The translations under genes and the position numbers were made by a program. Positions 1 to 13,599 of a DNA stretch of 64,000 bases are shown piece by piece. Numbering within the stretch: position 1 is the stretch's first letter; every line of letters starts with the position of its first letter. Below the pieces are notes generated by a model. That model was not told the DNA's origin. It searched no databases and saw nothing but the letters and a program-made list of their open reading frames with translations. Source of the stretch: Dicyema japonicum (lineage: Eukaryota; Animalia; Dicyemida); the NCBI GenBank assembly GCA_011109175.1, contig RDEW01000041.1, positions 372,001-436,000 on the forward strand. Direction: 5' to 3'.

Positions 1-410
1 GTAAAATAAATTTATTTTCATATTGATATGACACACTCCCTAGAGGTCAAAGTGGACGTGGTCTCTACTTCGGTTTCTTCACCTGAGGATGCAATCGTTT
101 CAGACGTTAGTAAATAATGAAAATAAGATCTTGGATTCCGACATGATATGTCTTCTACCTGATCAGAAGGATATTTCATTATGAGATATTTTTAGATCCT
201 AAGGGACTCTCTATCTGAGTCTGATTTAAGTAGAGTATGTCACATGGGCAGCCTGTTACATTATTTCGACCTTGAAGAGGTCTTTTGATTATCCGACATT
301 TAATTTTGTATATCCGATTTATATCGTGATTTAATCCTGTTAAATTAGTTTTTTATTCATAAATGTTATGATTATAAAGATTTTATTTTTTAGAGATACA
401 ACATGACCAG

Positions 411-726
411 GTGGCGCCATTTTGGTGCTGCGTGGTTAATTGGTTTAAATTTTCATCTTGCTTGTCTGTTCCTCCTCTCTCTTCCTAATAGAGTGGCGTC
501 ATGTGATCCACCTGTCTAGGTGACGCCCAGTGCCAGGCCGGCATGAAAAAGGATCATTTGCTCTTCCCCACTCCATTGGAGGGGTTTCCACAACTGCATG
601 TAATGGACGTCTTACCCTTTATGCTGATTCCGAATGGACTCTGTAGAAGTGGAAACTGGATACACTTAATTAGTTGTTTACTATAACTTCTTTCTCGGTG
701 TATCCGGGGTTAATAAATAAATAAAT
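411..726 (+). mobile_element. SINE-like element, family A, near full-length copy
   Basis: ~315 bp non-coding unit (GTGGCGCCAT...TCTTTCTCGGTGTATCCGGGGTT) ending in an (AATA)n tail; close copies at 21690, 34094 and 49135. A-box-like TGGTTAATTGG near the 5' end; no clear B box. Confidence 0.85.
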
Positions 727-759
727 ATTTTTTTATAGCGGTAAACCTATATTTCTAGC

Positions 760-1400
760 GTGATTTATAGCATGGAAGATTATTTTGTTGCAATGGTTTC
801 TTACAAGGGTTTTGTGAAAGATTGCGTTGAATATCAAACTTTAAGAGATGCTTTGCATGATAAATTTCCCGAAAATCTTCCGAGGCACCGAAAATATAGG
901 CTTGTAAAGAAGATAGAGAATTTTTCCATTATCAATGACACACATTATGACTTAGATAATTAAGTGATGAGTGTGCGATTCCAGAACAAATTGACGATTT
1001 GGTTAATTGTTCGACTCCAGAATCTATTGAAAATTCACGTAGTTTGATTTAAAAAATTTATATCTAGATAATTCCCAGTCAGATAATTTGTGTCCGAATG
1101 CAAAGAGATTCAATTTCGAAATTAAATCGATTGAAGAAAATTCTAATTATTACAAAGCTATGAACAGGAAAATGAATGTTCATAATAGTAAATATACTTT
1201 TAACATGGGAGATAAAGTATGAATCAAAAACATTAATAAATAGGTTTGGGCTAAAAAGGACTTTGGAACAAATCCCTCATTGCGACTGGATAAGTTTGAG
1301 TCTCAGTATTATCCAGTTGCGAAATAATTAATATTTTATCGAATAATCACGTGGAGGTAGCTTTAAATAGTTTAATTTGATAGATAAAAAATTCGAAAGG
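760..1400 (+). mobile_element. Degenerate integrase/DDE transposon-like remnant
   Basis: Broken frames give ...LPRHRKYRLVKKIENF... and ...YYKAMNRKMNVHNSKYTFNMGDKV*IK...KKDFGTNP..., which resemble from memory the C-terminus of retroviral-type integrase transposases; no DDE core visible. Confidence 0.3.
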
Positions 1401-2539
1401 AGAAATGTCGACTGTATTAATGAGTAGACTAAAAAAGTTACTTAAATTTAATTTTTTATGGTTAATAAATCATTTATAAAATTAATTGAAGTTAATCTTG
1501 GTTCAAGGTTAATGTAACAGGCAGCCCATAGGTATCGCTTGGCCCATGTGACAGAGTATTTCAATAAACATCATCAAGAGATCTACTGATACGCAGAGAC
1601 TTTAAAGGGGTAAGTTATGAAGGATTTGATTTAATGTAAAAAATAACATAAATAATGTTAATTATGATTAGGCTAAACTAAACTAACATATCCTTCTTTT
1701 ACGAGGATCTTCACAAGCCATCCACATGACTTCCACTTCTTCCTCGGACTGTGGGTCCGCCGCTTCGCCAATGTGTAATGAGTTTTTCGCTCTTCCAGTC
1801 GCCTCGACGCGGAAAGGATTTCGTCAATTGGTGTCTTATCTCCATGTTTGTGCTCGACAATAATACTTTCTAATGTATAAATCAGATTTAATGTAATAAA
1901 TATAATTTCAAAACGTTGCTGGTTAATAAGAACCATCTAAGTTCATCGGATTATGCGGACTTCTGTGCAGAATTGAATAAAGAAAACCCAACTCGAACGG
2001 CCGCCGAGTTTGTCCGACATGTTTCAGACGCGGATGCTTCTAGGATTCGTCCTCAGCAAAGCAACACGAAATTTCCGGTTTTACGAGCAATAATGTCTTC
2101 CTCAACAGCTGATTGTCGATAACAATGGGCTAAATCGGTTGTTGAAAGCACGCGCTCTAGACTCGGTCGTGTCCCAGAGGTGGGTGAGCTATTCTCTTGG
2201 AAGGGGACCTAGATTCTAACCCTGATATGTCTTGCTCGACTCCCTGTCTGGCTCGAGTCGGAGTCTAACTCGACTCCCGGTCTTTCCAGGAATAACACGT
2301 TTATCGAAGTGAACCCACAAGGCATCACGCTTTCTTCCAAACATTAAAAAAATTTAAATGATTTTTTTGATTTTTTGAATTATTTAAAAAATTGATTTTT
2401 TGTTGATTAAAATCAGATGAAATAATAGTTAATTATCACTTTTGTAAAATTGTTAACTTTGATATAATAGATTATTTTATTTTTGACATTGATGGATCAC
2501 TCTTAGCGCTCGCGACATATTAATACCTCAATTGATAAT

Positions 2540-3640
2540 TAAAAATGCACAGATTTTTGTGAAGCATTATGGAAAAGGAGGATTCGGTTTATTTAACGAG
2601 GAATTATCTTGGGAGAGGGCTAAGCTCTCTTCTAAGTAAGAAGATGTTATATGGACTTTTCATGATTGAAACTCAGAAGTACTGTTTGCAGCAGAAGTGC
2701 CGCAATTCTTCAAACCGAAATTTCAGAGAAAACACATTTGACATTGATTGAAGAATTTCTAAGGCACAAGTATTCTGTTTACGACAATTCTAAGTTGGAT
2801 ATAAAATATCAAACCGAGTTGGATAAATTTGTTGGAGGATTATGTGAATACAGAGCATTCCTCTCATTGGCTTCTAAAAGAGAATAACTCCCCAAGGTCG
2901 GAAGCCTCATTCTGCCTTATTCAAGATAATAATCTGTTCTTTGGAGAACAAAATGCAATGTGCACCCATTGTAAAAAATGAAGAAGACCGTGGATCATTG
3001 TCCCACAAAGTGTGAAAAGATTTTGCATGGGAATTATGTAAGAAAACATAACGAAGTCGTGAGGTGTCTACATTTCCACTTTTGCAGAGAGTTAGGTCTC
3101 AAAAACAAGAAGAAACCGAAGACTCATTCAGTGCAATCCATTGTAATGAATGACTCAGTTGAAATCAGAGTTAACAACTTTATCACAACGGACACATTAT
3201 TGAGCAACAAGCCGAACCTGTTCGTTTTTGATAAAAGGAGAAACAAAATTATCTTGGTCAAAGTGGGAATAACATCTTCCCAAAATCTACAGCAGGTGGG
3301 CTGAGGAAGTATGACCTTCTTTCCAAGGAGCAGGAGTTGATACACCACGCAGAGGTCAAGATTGTCCCGATTGTACTCACTTGGGATGGCTTAGTGCTTA
3401 TGTTTAATCGCTAGTAATCAAGAAGACTTTGGAGAGTATGATTGTGTCATATAGGAACGAAGTCGACGCTTCACGGCGTTATGATAATCTTAATGAAGGG
3501 GTAGAGGATATTTACATTCGGTCTGATTATGAAGAAATTAAAGAGAAGAGTGTGAGCGAAAAAAAAGACTGTGATAATTGGGTTTATTCCTATAGTTACT
3601 CGAGGGGAAACGAATTGGATAGAGAACATTTTAATTAACC
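2540..3640 (+). mobile_element. Non-LTR retrotransposon 3' half with restriction-like endonuclease (R4/NeSL-like), degenerate
   Basis: Frameshifted ORFs: YLTRNYLGRGL (RT thumb), C-x2-C...H...C knuckle, YVRKHNEVVRCLH, degenerate PD-x-D-x-K (KPNLFVFDKRRNKIILVKVGIT), then RKYDLL and VPIVLTWDG. Confidence 0.75.
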
Positions 3641-3699
3641 TTTTAGATAAAATAAAACTTTTTGTTATTCAAAAAAAGCATTAAATTGTTTTACTTTTA

Positions 3700-4345
3700 A
3701 ATAATAAATAATGAAAATTAGGCAATAATTAGGACGACAGAATGGCGTAGGCGTTACCTCTGATAATCGCCATTTCGAGCCTCTGCTTCAACCAGAGTCC
3801 CTCCCGTGGCTCGCACCTTTTTGAGGCGGATTTGCTTCCAATGCTGTGGAGAAAGCCTCCGTTTTCGCGCCTACAGTTCCAGTTGTCTCCACAGCAATAG
3901 GGGCGAAATGGTAATGGTCTTTACTTATGGATCTTCTTGACCTCCGCCTGGTCGGCTGCGTCTCCAGGAGAGTGCGTCGCCGTCAGCAATTTGGCTCCTG
4001 AGAAGGTGTCCACACACGTTGCATCCCAGACGAGTGATTTTCCGTGGGAGTATGGAGCAACATCATTCCATCCGGCTTCTTCCCGTCGCCTCAGTCTAAG
4101 CCCAATGGTTCCAATTAGGCCGGAAATCGCGCAGCCTTGAGGGCTCGAAAAATGACCAGCACTCCGTCGGCAAGAGAGTGGATGTAATCCTTTCGTATCA
4201 ACGTCCCCGCCGCAACGGCATTTGTGTCTCTGGCATATGTCCAGTCCTAGGTGCAGTGCCACCTCGATCCTCAAGCTGTTTTCGTCAAGGAAGGACCCCA
4301 GATGTGGCAAGGTAAAGCCTCGAGCCAGACTCCTGGCCGTTCATT
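3700..4345 (-). mobile_element. CRE-clade non-LTR retrotransposon, 3' RLE fragment
   Basis: LGSFLDENSLRIEVALHLGLDIC..H.CRCG..VD..GLHPLSC...GH, LVWDATCVDT, HFAPIAVETTG, RGNAYAIL*, followed by an (ATT)n tail. Confidence 0.8.
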
Positions 4346-6129
4346 AAAAAAATAAATATATTTTATAAAAATTTAAATAAAATTATAAAAAATCAAATAT
4401 CAATATGTTAGGTCAATTAAAGCAATGGTTAAAGTACTGAATTATTTGATTATTATAACCGAGGTAATTATGGTTTTCTGTTTCCTCGGTACAATATTAA
4501 TATACAAAAGGGACAGCACTTCCACCAGAGTGATTCCATACATAAGGTAGAGAATACGCTTATTTAGCGACGCATATAATGAAAAACCAGCGAGTTCCTA
4601 TTTCTCACTTTTAATGAATATTTTGAATATGGTCGGTATTTTGTGGAATTTATTCAGATTTTTTGATTTTGCTGATCAATTTTATATACAAAAAGAATAA
4701 ACTGGTGAACCACAAACGCTACCAAAGGACAAACTTCATATCTATGGGATTTCTGGTCCTCGCGTTCGGAAATTTTCTCATAGTAATCAACTTCCAGGTA
4801 AGGGTGGTCAACATTCTAGAAAGATCCGTATACACTGCTTCACTACATCAGTGCTGTCGTCGGCTTCTCCGCATATTCAACGTTTTTGATCCATGAAGCT
4901 ATTCTAACTCCAAAGGTGATGCCGAACTCCAAATTCAAGACCATATCCACGTGGGTCATCGCAATCGTTTCTTCAGTGTCCCTCATAATCTGTAATGTGA
5001 GCAATAAGCCTAGTTGTCGTCCTGAACATCATCGGATATAATAATGACGATAACGTAAGGGCTCAGTGCATTTTAGGTCCTCAAAGATGCTTCAGCCTTC
5101 TTCGAGTGGGTCACTATTATATTTGATTATTTATTTCTGCTTACTTTACTCAATAATTATAAAACTTTCACTATTAATGTTGGCTAATGAAGTTTTTGTA
5201 CTCTTTTTTATTATTTAAGCAAATATTTTCGGGGAGCCAACCAGTGAAGTCTCTCGGTAGGATGGAGCAAGAGAGTGAACCATCCTCCAGCTAGGCTTCT
5301 AATAAACTAAAATCTACGCATGATCTCCCGAGAGAAGGCCAGAATAAATTCAGTTATCTCCTCAGTATTGTGAGACCTATAATTTGGTAAATCCGTGGAT
5401 CTATGATCTCTTTCTGCATTTCAGTTGGGTATCTTACCACGATCAACAAGAATCAGTGTGAAAATGACAAGAACTTTTAAAGTCTCAACTGAAACCGAGC
5501 TAGAGGAAGCGCCAAGGATCACTATTCAGTATATTGAAGGTCAAATCTTGCATACCTTACGTATTCATAGTCAGGCTTGTAATCTGTTACATTCTCCTCT
5601 CTCAATAATCATTCTAATGCCCATTCCAGTCACATGAGTCCGCATCTTCATTCCTTGACAACTTGATTTGGAGAAAAGGATCGTTTGGGACACAATGTGT
5701 GCGATAAAAGCCAAGATCTCTTAATTCACTTTTCTTGATGTTTCACATATTGAAAGAACTACCTACCCTCATCACTGACGCTATTCTCTTAAAATGTTAA
5801 TTGAAAGCAATAACAAAATGCAATTACGATTTAATGGACTACCAAGAAAAATCATAACTTGTTTCAGATCTTGTAAATTAGAGCCATGTATACCATTTTC
5901 ATATTTAGGTTAATAGAAAAGTTAAAATCAAAAAAATGACTTTTAAAGTCATTTTATTTTGATTTTTTCAGGAATCCTTGGCCCACAAGCGGGCATTCCA
6001 GAGACGCTTGATAGAAAGGAGAGGTACAGGAAGCGAAGAATATCACATTTGAAGAGTCTGAAGTGTACATGTGCGTGGGAAATCAAAAATACAGTTCTTT
6101 CCCATTTAATTACAAATCTCCGTAGAAAC

Positions 6130-6860
6130 CAGAAAAGTTAACTAATTTGAGATTCCACTTTTGTCATGCATCTCTAGCGCTGTAAGTCGTTTCCATCCTC
6201 TTTTTGTTCCTAGCAACCTCCCTCAGATCATCCAGATCCTTTTCCAATTTCAGCTTCCTTCATATGCAACGTGAGTTCTTTGTATAGCGTCGACGGAAAC
6301 GTTGTTTTTTGTCGACCTCGAAACGTTGTTTTGTTTAATATAAAAGTATGATTTCATGGCCCGATTAGTTGGTGCCATTTTTGAAGCTCTTAGGATATAT
6401 CCAAAGAGCTGCCAATTCGCCGAGGTCACTTTATTCCCTATCTGTGATGTTTGAGTGATTTTATAGAACTCGTCGTTGGTCATCCGTTTTGGCCAGTAGA
6501 TGCCCAGGAGAAGTCGTAGTTGTTTTCTGTAAAAGAGTTGGGTTTCTCAAGTTCTTTGGTAAGTAGACTCCAGGTCCCCGCTTTGTAAAATAGAATTGGG
6601 TTTACTACCAAGGATCAGTCCTCCAATTCTTGAGGGATCACTTTATTACAGCGTATTCCAATCCCGGCATACGAAATCAATATCGTCGGCGTAGATTACT
6701 TCCATCACGTTAGTTAAACAATTCTTTTCCCGGAGAGGTCTTAAGCTGCCTCCAGGTATATTATGAATAAGACCAGGTATAATGAGTCTCCATGTAGTGC
6801 GCTGGTGTCGGTCTTAAATCTTATCGACTTGTAATTCCCCACGCGCACTGATAGCGATGT
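6130..6860 (-). mobile_element. RTE-like LINE, reverse transcriptase C-terminal half, degenerate
   Basis: YADDIDFVCR (reverse complement of ~6660-6695), followed by MTNDEFYK...WQLFGYILR...PTNRAMKSYF, the same C-terminal pattern as the copies at 8930, 33816, 38045 and 39665. Confidence 0.7.
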
Positions 6861-6919
6861 GTTGGAGAATAAAAAATAGCATCCTCGTCTAGAGTTGCAG
6901 CCTTAAAATAATGAAAATT

Positions 6920-7330
6920 ATTATTATTATTAAAAACCAAAAATCACAGACAAATTAATTAACTACATAGCCGTCAGGTGATTCCGGCCGCCTCGAGTAA
7001 CCATCTCATTCTTGCTCGGTGTTCTTCCTTGGTTCTAACGCATTTCCGGATTGGGCGGGGGTTTCTAACTTTTTTGGAGGGTAGTAAGGCTCCGGTTTTC
7101 CTCACTAATTCCTTAAAAAATGTAAGGTTTAGAGGTGTCCAAAAAAACCTTTGAAAAGCCTTACTGGCCATTTTTGGAAGGTATTGATTTTTTCTATATT
7201 CCTGTTTGATAGGTTGGTTCCCCATGCAGCACACCCGTAAGTAAGAGACGGTTGAATATACTGCACGTAGAGCGAGTGATCATTATAGTTAGATTTATTA
7301 AGTCTCGTCAAATTTTGACTTACCTAAATT
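6920..7330 (-). mobile_element. L2/Jockey-like LINE 3' fragment
   Basis: LYVQYIQPSLTYGCAAWGTNLS..NIEKINTFQK; closely similar to 45171-45610, including the 3' UTR and (AAT)n tail. Confidence 0.7.
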
Positions 7331-8929
7331 AATTTAATATTTATTTATTTAAAAAAATATTTTTTTATACGGCGAACCTTATAATACATTAGCATACTAT
7401 TTGATATGTTGTTACCACTTTGTTGTGGTTGGTTTTTTGATTTTTTATTTTATCTTGATTTTTCTTCAATATTATATATCAAATTGAATTAATCAAATAG
7501 TGTTGAAGACTGTTATCAAAATTTCTCATATATATATATTTCGGTAACCTATAAATATGGATTATTCTCCACTATTTGATTTTTTGCACTTATTACGACC
7601 TGTTTTACAAGATTTCATATTAAAAATTGTATTTTTTAGTAGAAAATATATTTTAATTTATTTTTATCAATATTTTGAAATTTTATTGTAATTTTTTGAA
7701 GAAAATCATGGTGAAATTTTTGAATTATGTTTTTGTCTCAACGAATTAGTCATTTTTGTTCATCTGACATAATTGCATCCCTCTTTGCATCCACGTCTTG
7801 CTTTTCTACAATGAATTTGTAAGGAAAAGCAATGTGGATTCTGACCTGATTTTAACTCATGAAATGTGCAGTGAAAAATATAAACCGTTACTTGAATACA
7901 AAATGCAGAAAACCTTGGAACTTTTCTTCGTTTATCTCATTCTAACATGCCTGTTTAATATTCAAGAGACCTGCTAAATAATTTAAATTTGCACGACAGT
8001 CTCCATATTCGAGGAGAGGGAACCATCAATTAGATGAGTGCAGTCCTACACATACTATTCCGTGTCTAACCCACCCTCGAGGAAACGTAATTGTAATCTT
8101 CAAAGTGGATTTGGTCAGGGAGGAAGTAGGAAGATCCCTTTAAAATACTGTGTTGTGCTAGAAGGACTTGGACGGAAATATCGATAGTGTCAGAAAATAT
8201 TCGGACGAAATATGCTGAAATAAACGAAATAGACAAAACCAATCCCGAACTTATCAGCAAAACCTTTGATGTGGTAATTTTAAGAAGAATAGTCGAAGGT
8301 AAGCTAAAGTAAACCAAATTGGTCTACCAATTATGTTCACAGCGAAGAATAGTACAGCTGGAATAATGAGAGCTTCTACTATGTAGGATGCAAAATTATA
8401 ATTGAAATTACCCATTATTATTCCAATCGAGCAAGTTACTCCTGTGTAGAAAAACGAAATAAGCTAGCAGACAAACACGATCAACCACCGCGCTCTTCTG
8501 GCGCTTGGACTGGGGACAACATTTTTAATTAGGGTCTCCTCATCAAATACATATTCATCTCTGTCAATAGACTCTGTTATAATAAAGTTTACACCTTGTC
8601 TTGTTTAACTTATATTTCCAAAGGTAGCATATTTTAAGATGTTTTGCATATTTTAATGTAATTTGCTTTCTTGATTGCTAATTGATCTTCATGATGTAGT
8701 TCACACTTCCATAAATATTGATCTTCATGATGATATGCTGTTAGTTTACCACTTCCATCCCTTCTCGTTAGGATCAATCGTTTTGTATTCAGGAAACTGG
8801 GTCAGTTCTGACGCTTGCAAATTTATTGACTAGTTCGCCGAGAGGGTTAATCGATCAGATATTCGAGTGAAAAAATTTCTGAAACCCCGGTAACCTGTAA
8901 ATTCATCGCTGGTAAATTCAAGGGCCACG

Positions 8930-9250
8930 TCAGTGGTTTCCTACATAGAAGAGGTAGAAATTTTATTTTTTTATTTTATATTTAAAAAGGATTTCTTCAC
9001 GAGACAGGGGCCGTGTTTTCGTGGACGTCGGCGTATTACACTACCTGAAACATTTGACGGAGATCTAAAGCTGAACAAATGCTTAAGAAGTGGAGACGAC
9101 CTGGACGAGTTGATGAAACTCTTTTACGATAGAAGAGGATTGTTTTGAACGCTGCACTAGTGAAGTTATAACTATTATGACTTTACTAATGTTGCTTATG
9201 ATAATATGTCACAGGCGCTACGCGTTACACTAGTGCTCGAATTTACAATT
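8930..9250 (+). mobile_element. RTE-like LINE 3' end
   Basis: FRGRRRITLPETFDGDL...LRSGDDLDEL, matching the FRGR..TLP...DL motif of the other RTE-like copies. Confidence 0.5.
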
Positions 9251-9689
9251 TCAAGCATTTTTTAAAACTTTACACATGTTTTTCTTATTATTGTTGTATA
9301 GTATGAAAACCCGGGGCCATCTTCGTGTCCGGGCTGATAAGTCAAACTTATCAGTCCAAAACATATGGTTACAGGAGTCATTAATGAAACCAAAGGAATC
9401 ACAATGTATTTCCATTATAACCAAAAGAATTGAACAATTGCCAACATTATCAAAAGAATTGAACGTAACAAAGGCAAAAGTTCAAAAGCTGTCGCTCTCA
9501 TAACACAGAAACCCTACAAAATTCATATTTGAATTATGTATAATAAAATTTAAATTGCTTTTAACTAAGGATTTATTTATAGTAATAATATATTAATATC
9601 AAAAATAAAATACTTGTAAAAAGGTGTTTCCATTTTCCTCACAGACGCGAAGAAATCCGAAACCACGACTACGGGTCTTAGCTTCCATG

Positions 9690-11320
9690 AGTAGTGGGTC
9701 GACTGCTGATCCATTACGGGGGCAAAGTCCGATGTTTTTTCTCATCAGGAAAAAGGATGTGTGAGAGTCGAGACATGAAAATGTTTTCGCGAAGGCGTGT
9801 TAGTTCTTCATTCTTGAAAAGTAGATGATTTTTGAGTTCTTCTTGCTGAGTGGGCATCCGAGGAAAATAATTTATCAGCTGGCACAGTCGGGATCCCAGG
9901 AAGCAGTTCGTTAAAAGACTCCTTGATAGGAAGAAAGTCGGTGTTTGGATATGAGACATTTATTAGCTCTGATTTGTTAACATTGATGTCCAAGCCCAAA
10001 TGTTTTAAAGCGGGTAACGCTTTACGTAATGAATTGTATGTTTCCTTGAACGATCCTCCAATTGTGGCATCATCGAGGTACCAGAGATTTAGCTGAGCAT
10101 CAATTGATCTCACAACCTCATCAATGGTCGGGGCAAATAAGAGAGGTCCGAGCGGATCTCCTTGTTGGACACCCGTTTTTGATTTAATAATTTCATTTTC
10201 AAAAACCAAAGACGTATCTTCCCCATAGGATAAATTGACAAGAGGGAAAAGCTTTGGAGCCCTCTTCCAACACGTTTTCATAATTTCATCTCTTCTGAGA
10301 GAATTGAAGGCATTCGTTATGTCCAACTTGATTCCAATGCATTCATTTGAAATAATTTTCTGTGTGAAGAAACGACTTGCTGCATGAACCGCAACCTCAC
10401 ATCCGTTCTGGATACTAACACCCATTTGTTTAGGAAAGAACTCCTCTCCGAGTTGTCGGCTCACCATGGTCGATGCTACTTTTGCTGCAAGTCTTCTGAA
10501 ATAGTTCCCCAATGGGACGGATTCCCCCATTTAATTTTTTTAAAGCAAGTAGGCTTGCGGAGAAAAACAATTCTCTGGCATATTCTAGGATGTCGCCGTT
10601 AACTATTTTTCTGATTAAATCCGTAATTGATTTGACAAGACATTGTCCAGCTTCCGAGGTGTAAGTTGACGTAAGGTCCTTAATATGGCCAGGACGTAAC
10701 CCTTCCAAGCCTCCGCCGCTGCTAGCGCGAAGGAAGCTATTCCGCAGCGCACTTCGGATTCAGTTATGATTATCTCCGTGAATCCTTCAGGATTCAAAAA
10801 CTTTTCAGTTGTCAGTCGGTGCATCTGGGTGCTTCAGTATTAAGGTGCTTTAGTATTAAGGACTGCTCCCTATTTCACCCCGTGTGACCAACTCGCACAG
10901 ATTAATGGGATCTTCCGTACGACAGCGGAGCATATCTTCAACGTCCGGTTTAAGGATTACTCATGGAAGCAAGCCATGCTGCCAGTGAGACTCGAAGGGC
11001 TGGTAATTTGCAACCCAGTAGACCTTTTTCTCCCTGAATGTCAATCGTCGCTAATGGCCTATAACTCCCTTGTCAAGAAGATTCTACTCTCTGCCTGAAT
11101 TCTCTACTGACCAGGACGCTGGCCATGCTCGTGAAACCTGGAGCCGTGATTCTCCTGATATATTCCTCCTCCCTGGCATGTCTACCCATACAGGTTCTCT
11201 CCATGGACAGTGTCTCACTTTAGCATTCAACTCCACACAAAGAGGTCATAAACGAGCCTTTGAGATTAGAGATGCTTGCTTAAAATCATAGGTTGAAATT
11301 TGAATCTCCATATGAAGAGC
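9690..11320 (-). mobile_element. CRE-clade non-LTR retrotransposon, RT region (frameshifted, 3' truncated)
   Basis: GLEGLRPGHIKDL, LLALKKLNGGIRPI, FRRLAAK, QMGVSIQNGCE, IKLDITNAFNS, GVQQGDPLGPLLF, WYLDD, GLDINVNKSE. Confidence 0.85.
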
Positions 11321-12239
11321 CAAGTAAAATTACTCAAATTTTGTCAAACAAATAGAAGTTTATTTAATTTTTTTATCACAGATTAAGGCAGGATCAGGAG
11401 AGTTGAAAATAGTCAACATGAGTCGAGTCAAGAAAATATAGACTTTAAAAAAATATATTATTTTTGATTAGAAACCAATTAATATTGATTGAATGGCAGG
11501 TGACATGTCGATTGACAGGTGAAATGTAACCAGCACTGGATGGGTAACCCGGGCGGGACGCGACATATTACTATCTCCCATCAACAAAGCCGTTTATGCA
11601 AAAGAATCACATAGGAAAAATTAATATTCTGATTTCAGAATGTGATTCAGATACTTTTTTTGTTCAGAATTTTGGGTTTCCTGTTTCTCCAGAGTCGTCA
11701 CCTCATCGATGCTCATGAGAAATACGACAAGGACGAGAGATAGTAACGTCACCTGTATCGACTCTTTATCTCCTACTAGCCTCAATATGACCCCGGTAAA
11801 AATACTATCATCCAGAAAAAACGGGGAAGGCTTAAGAGGAGAAATAAATATGTCTCCTGACCGGTTCATGTTCCGTGCAATTGCTGTAAAAACAATTATG
11901 GCAGTAAGCAGATAGTCTTTTTGTCTTTCCACAAGAACTGGGACGTCTAGTCACACTCAGAAGCCATAAAATCCTATGCTACGTCGTAGGCACAAATAGT
12001 TCTTATTAATGTTCCTAATTCTAGCATCAATGTGCTTCATATAAGAGTTTTCGCCTTTGAACTAATCGATTTGTTGAGTTTAACATAATTATTTTTTTAC
12101 TGTAGGAAATATGTCAATCAATTTTTTCTTTGTCTTTGAGGTTATATTCCGAGATTATGGAGAAATTTCTTTAATTTTTCTGGATATTTTATTTTAATTC
12201 TGAATTTTACTAATAATTTTAATTTATTTAATTTAATTT

Positions 12240-12420
12240 ATTGAACCAAAAAACCACTGTCATATCCAAAATAACAAAATTTCAGGTGATCCCAGCCTCC
12301 CTCAACAGTCTTCGGATCTTTTCTCGGTGTTCCGATTGCGTATCGAAGCTACAATAACAGCGGCAGTCGTTCCAATCACACCTTTCACTTAAACCACGTA
12401 TTCTCCAGTTTTATTTGACT
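12240..12420 (-). mobile_element. Degenerate 3' end of the same LINE as 6920 and 45171
   Basis: Recognisable nucleotide similarity (AGGTGATCCCAGCCTCC.../CAGGTGATTCCGGCCGCC...) and the same AACCAAAAA tail region. Confidence 0.4.
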
Positions 12421-13599
12421 TTGCTGATTTAATCTCATTTAGTCCTTCTGTATTTGGATGAAGTGGTACTGCATCATCTAATTTGAGGGTAAATATTCAC
12501 TAGACAAACACAACTCTCTGGAATACTGAAATATCGACAGTTATGTGGATTCATCTTCCAATTAAACTTTTTAGAGATACAAAAGAAATAACCAAAATTC
12601 CAATCCAATGTAGAAGCGAAATTTTCAAATCTCAGCCTTTCTCATTCACCAATCAATTTTCTTAAATTCCAGCAATATATAATTCAAGCCAATCAGTGAG
12701 AAGTATATGTGACTAAGATTCCAGCGATATATTCTAAGATTTTTTGGGATTCGATTCTCGCCTGAAATTATTATTTAACATACCACTCCCCTATACTCCT
12801 ACAAGGGGCAGTTTAAACTTTATCACGAACTCTTTAGTAGTATTCGTCATCTACTGATTCGAATACCTTATATTTACTAACATATCCTTCAATTCTTCTC
12901 TATTCTGGTAGCTCAAACACATTAATAAGTTCTTGTTACTTAGTTTCATGATATTCAAGCATATTAGATTAGGAGACAGGGACCCCAGTTATATGGGTAC
13001 ATTTTGTACCCTTATTCGACACCATTAATTCGTATATCGCTAACATCCAGTAATCGAGGAATAGTCACTAGGTGATTTAGAGTTTTCTATTTATGTGAAT
13101 CAGGTATCTGATCTCCAGGTATAGTCACTTGGAAATAACATTTAGGTTTGGGATATATCACCTAAGAACATTACTCAAATGTTCGTCGAGACTTTTTTAA
13201 TAAAAAATTAAACACTTTATCAACCCCCTGGGGTTTTCCAATCACTTATTCTGCCTTTGTGTAATCATCTACAAAAGTGTCGGTAACTTACGCTAAAAGG
13301 TTATTTTGTCTTCCTTAAGAGCATTTATCTTAAAAGATGGGCAGTTTTTACGCATAGGTGGACAGCTCAACATCTGAGATTGTCAACTATGTAGCGTCTT
13401 AGCATAGACCCTACCAAAGCTGAAACTTTTCTCTCAGTCTAACGTTCCACATTTGAAATGTGTTCAACGTGCGTTTTGATCTCAACGTTTAGAGTCTATA
13501 CCTTAACCGTAATGCTTGTTTGGTATCTAGTTGGTTGGCCTAGTTTAAAGGTCATTTATTCACAGGAATCTGTTCGCTATCAAGAATTATGGAAAGCCG

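Noticed and set aside
1673-2340. Possible gag-like ORF with adjacent GC-rich hairpins
   Set aside because: No complete zinc knuckle or other diagnostic motif; the hairpins are short and do not fit a ribozyme fold I can verify.
8831-8850. ...GCCGAGAGGGTTAA resembles a piggyBac right end
   Set aside because: No matching left TIR or transposase was found in the window.
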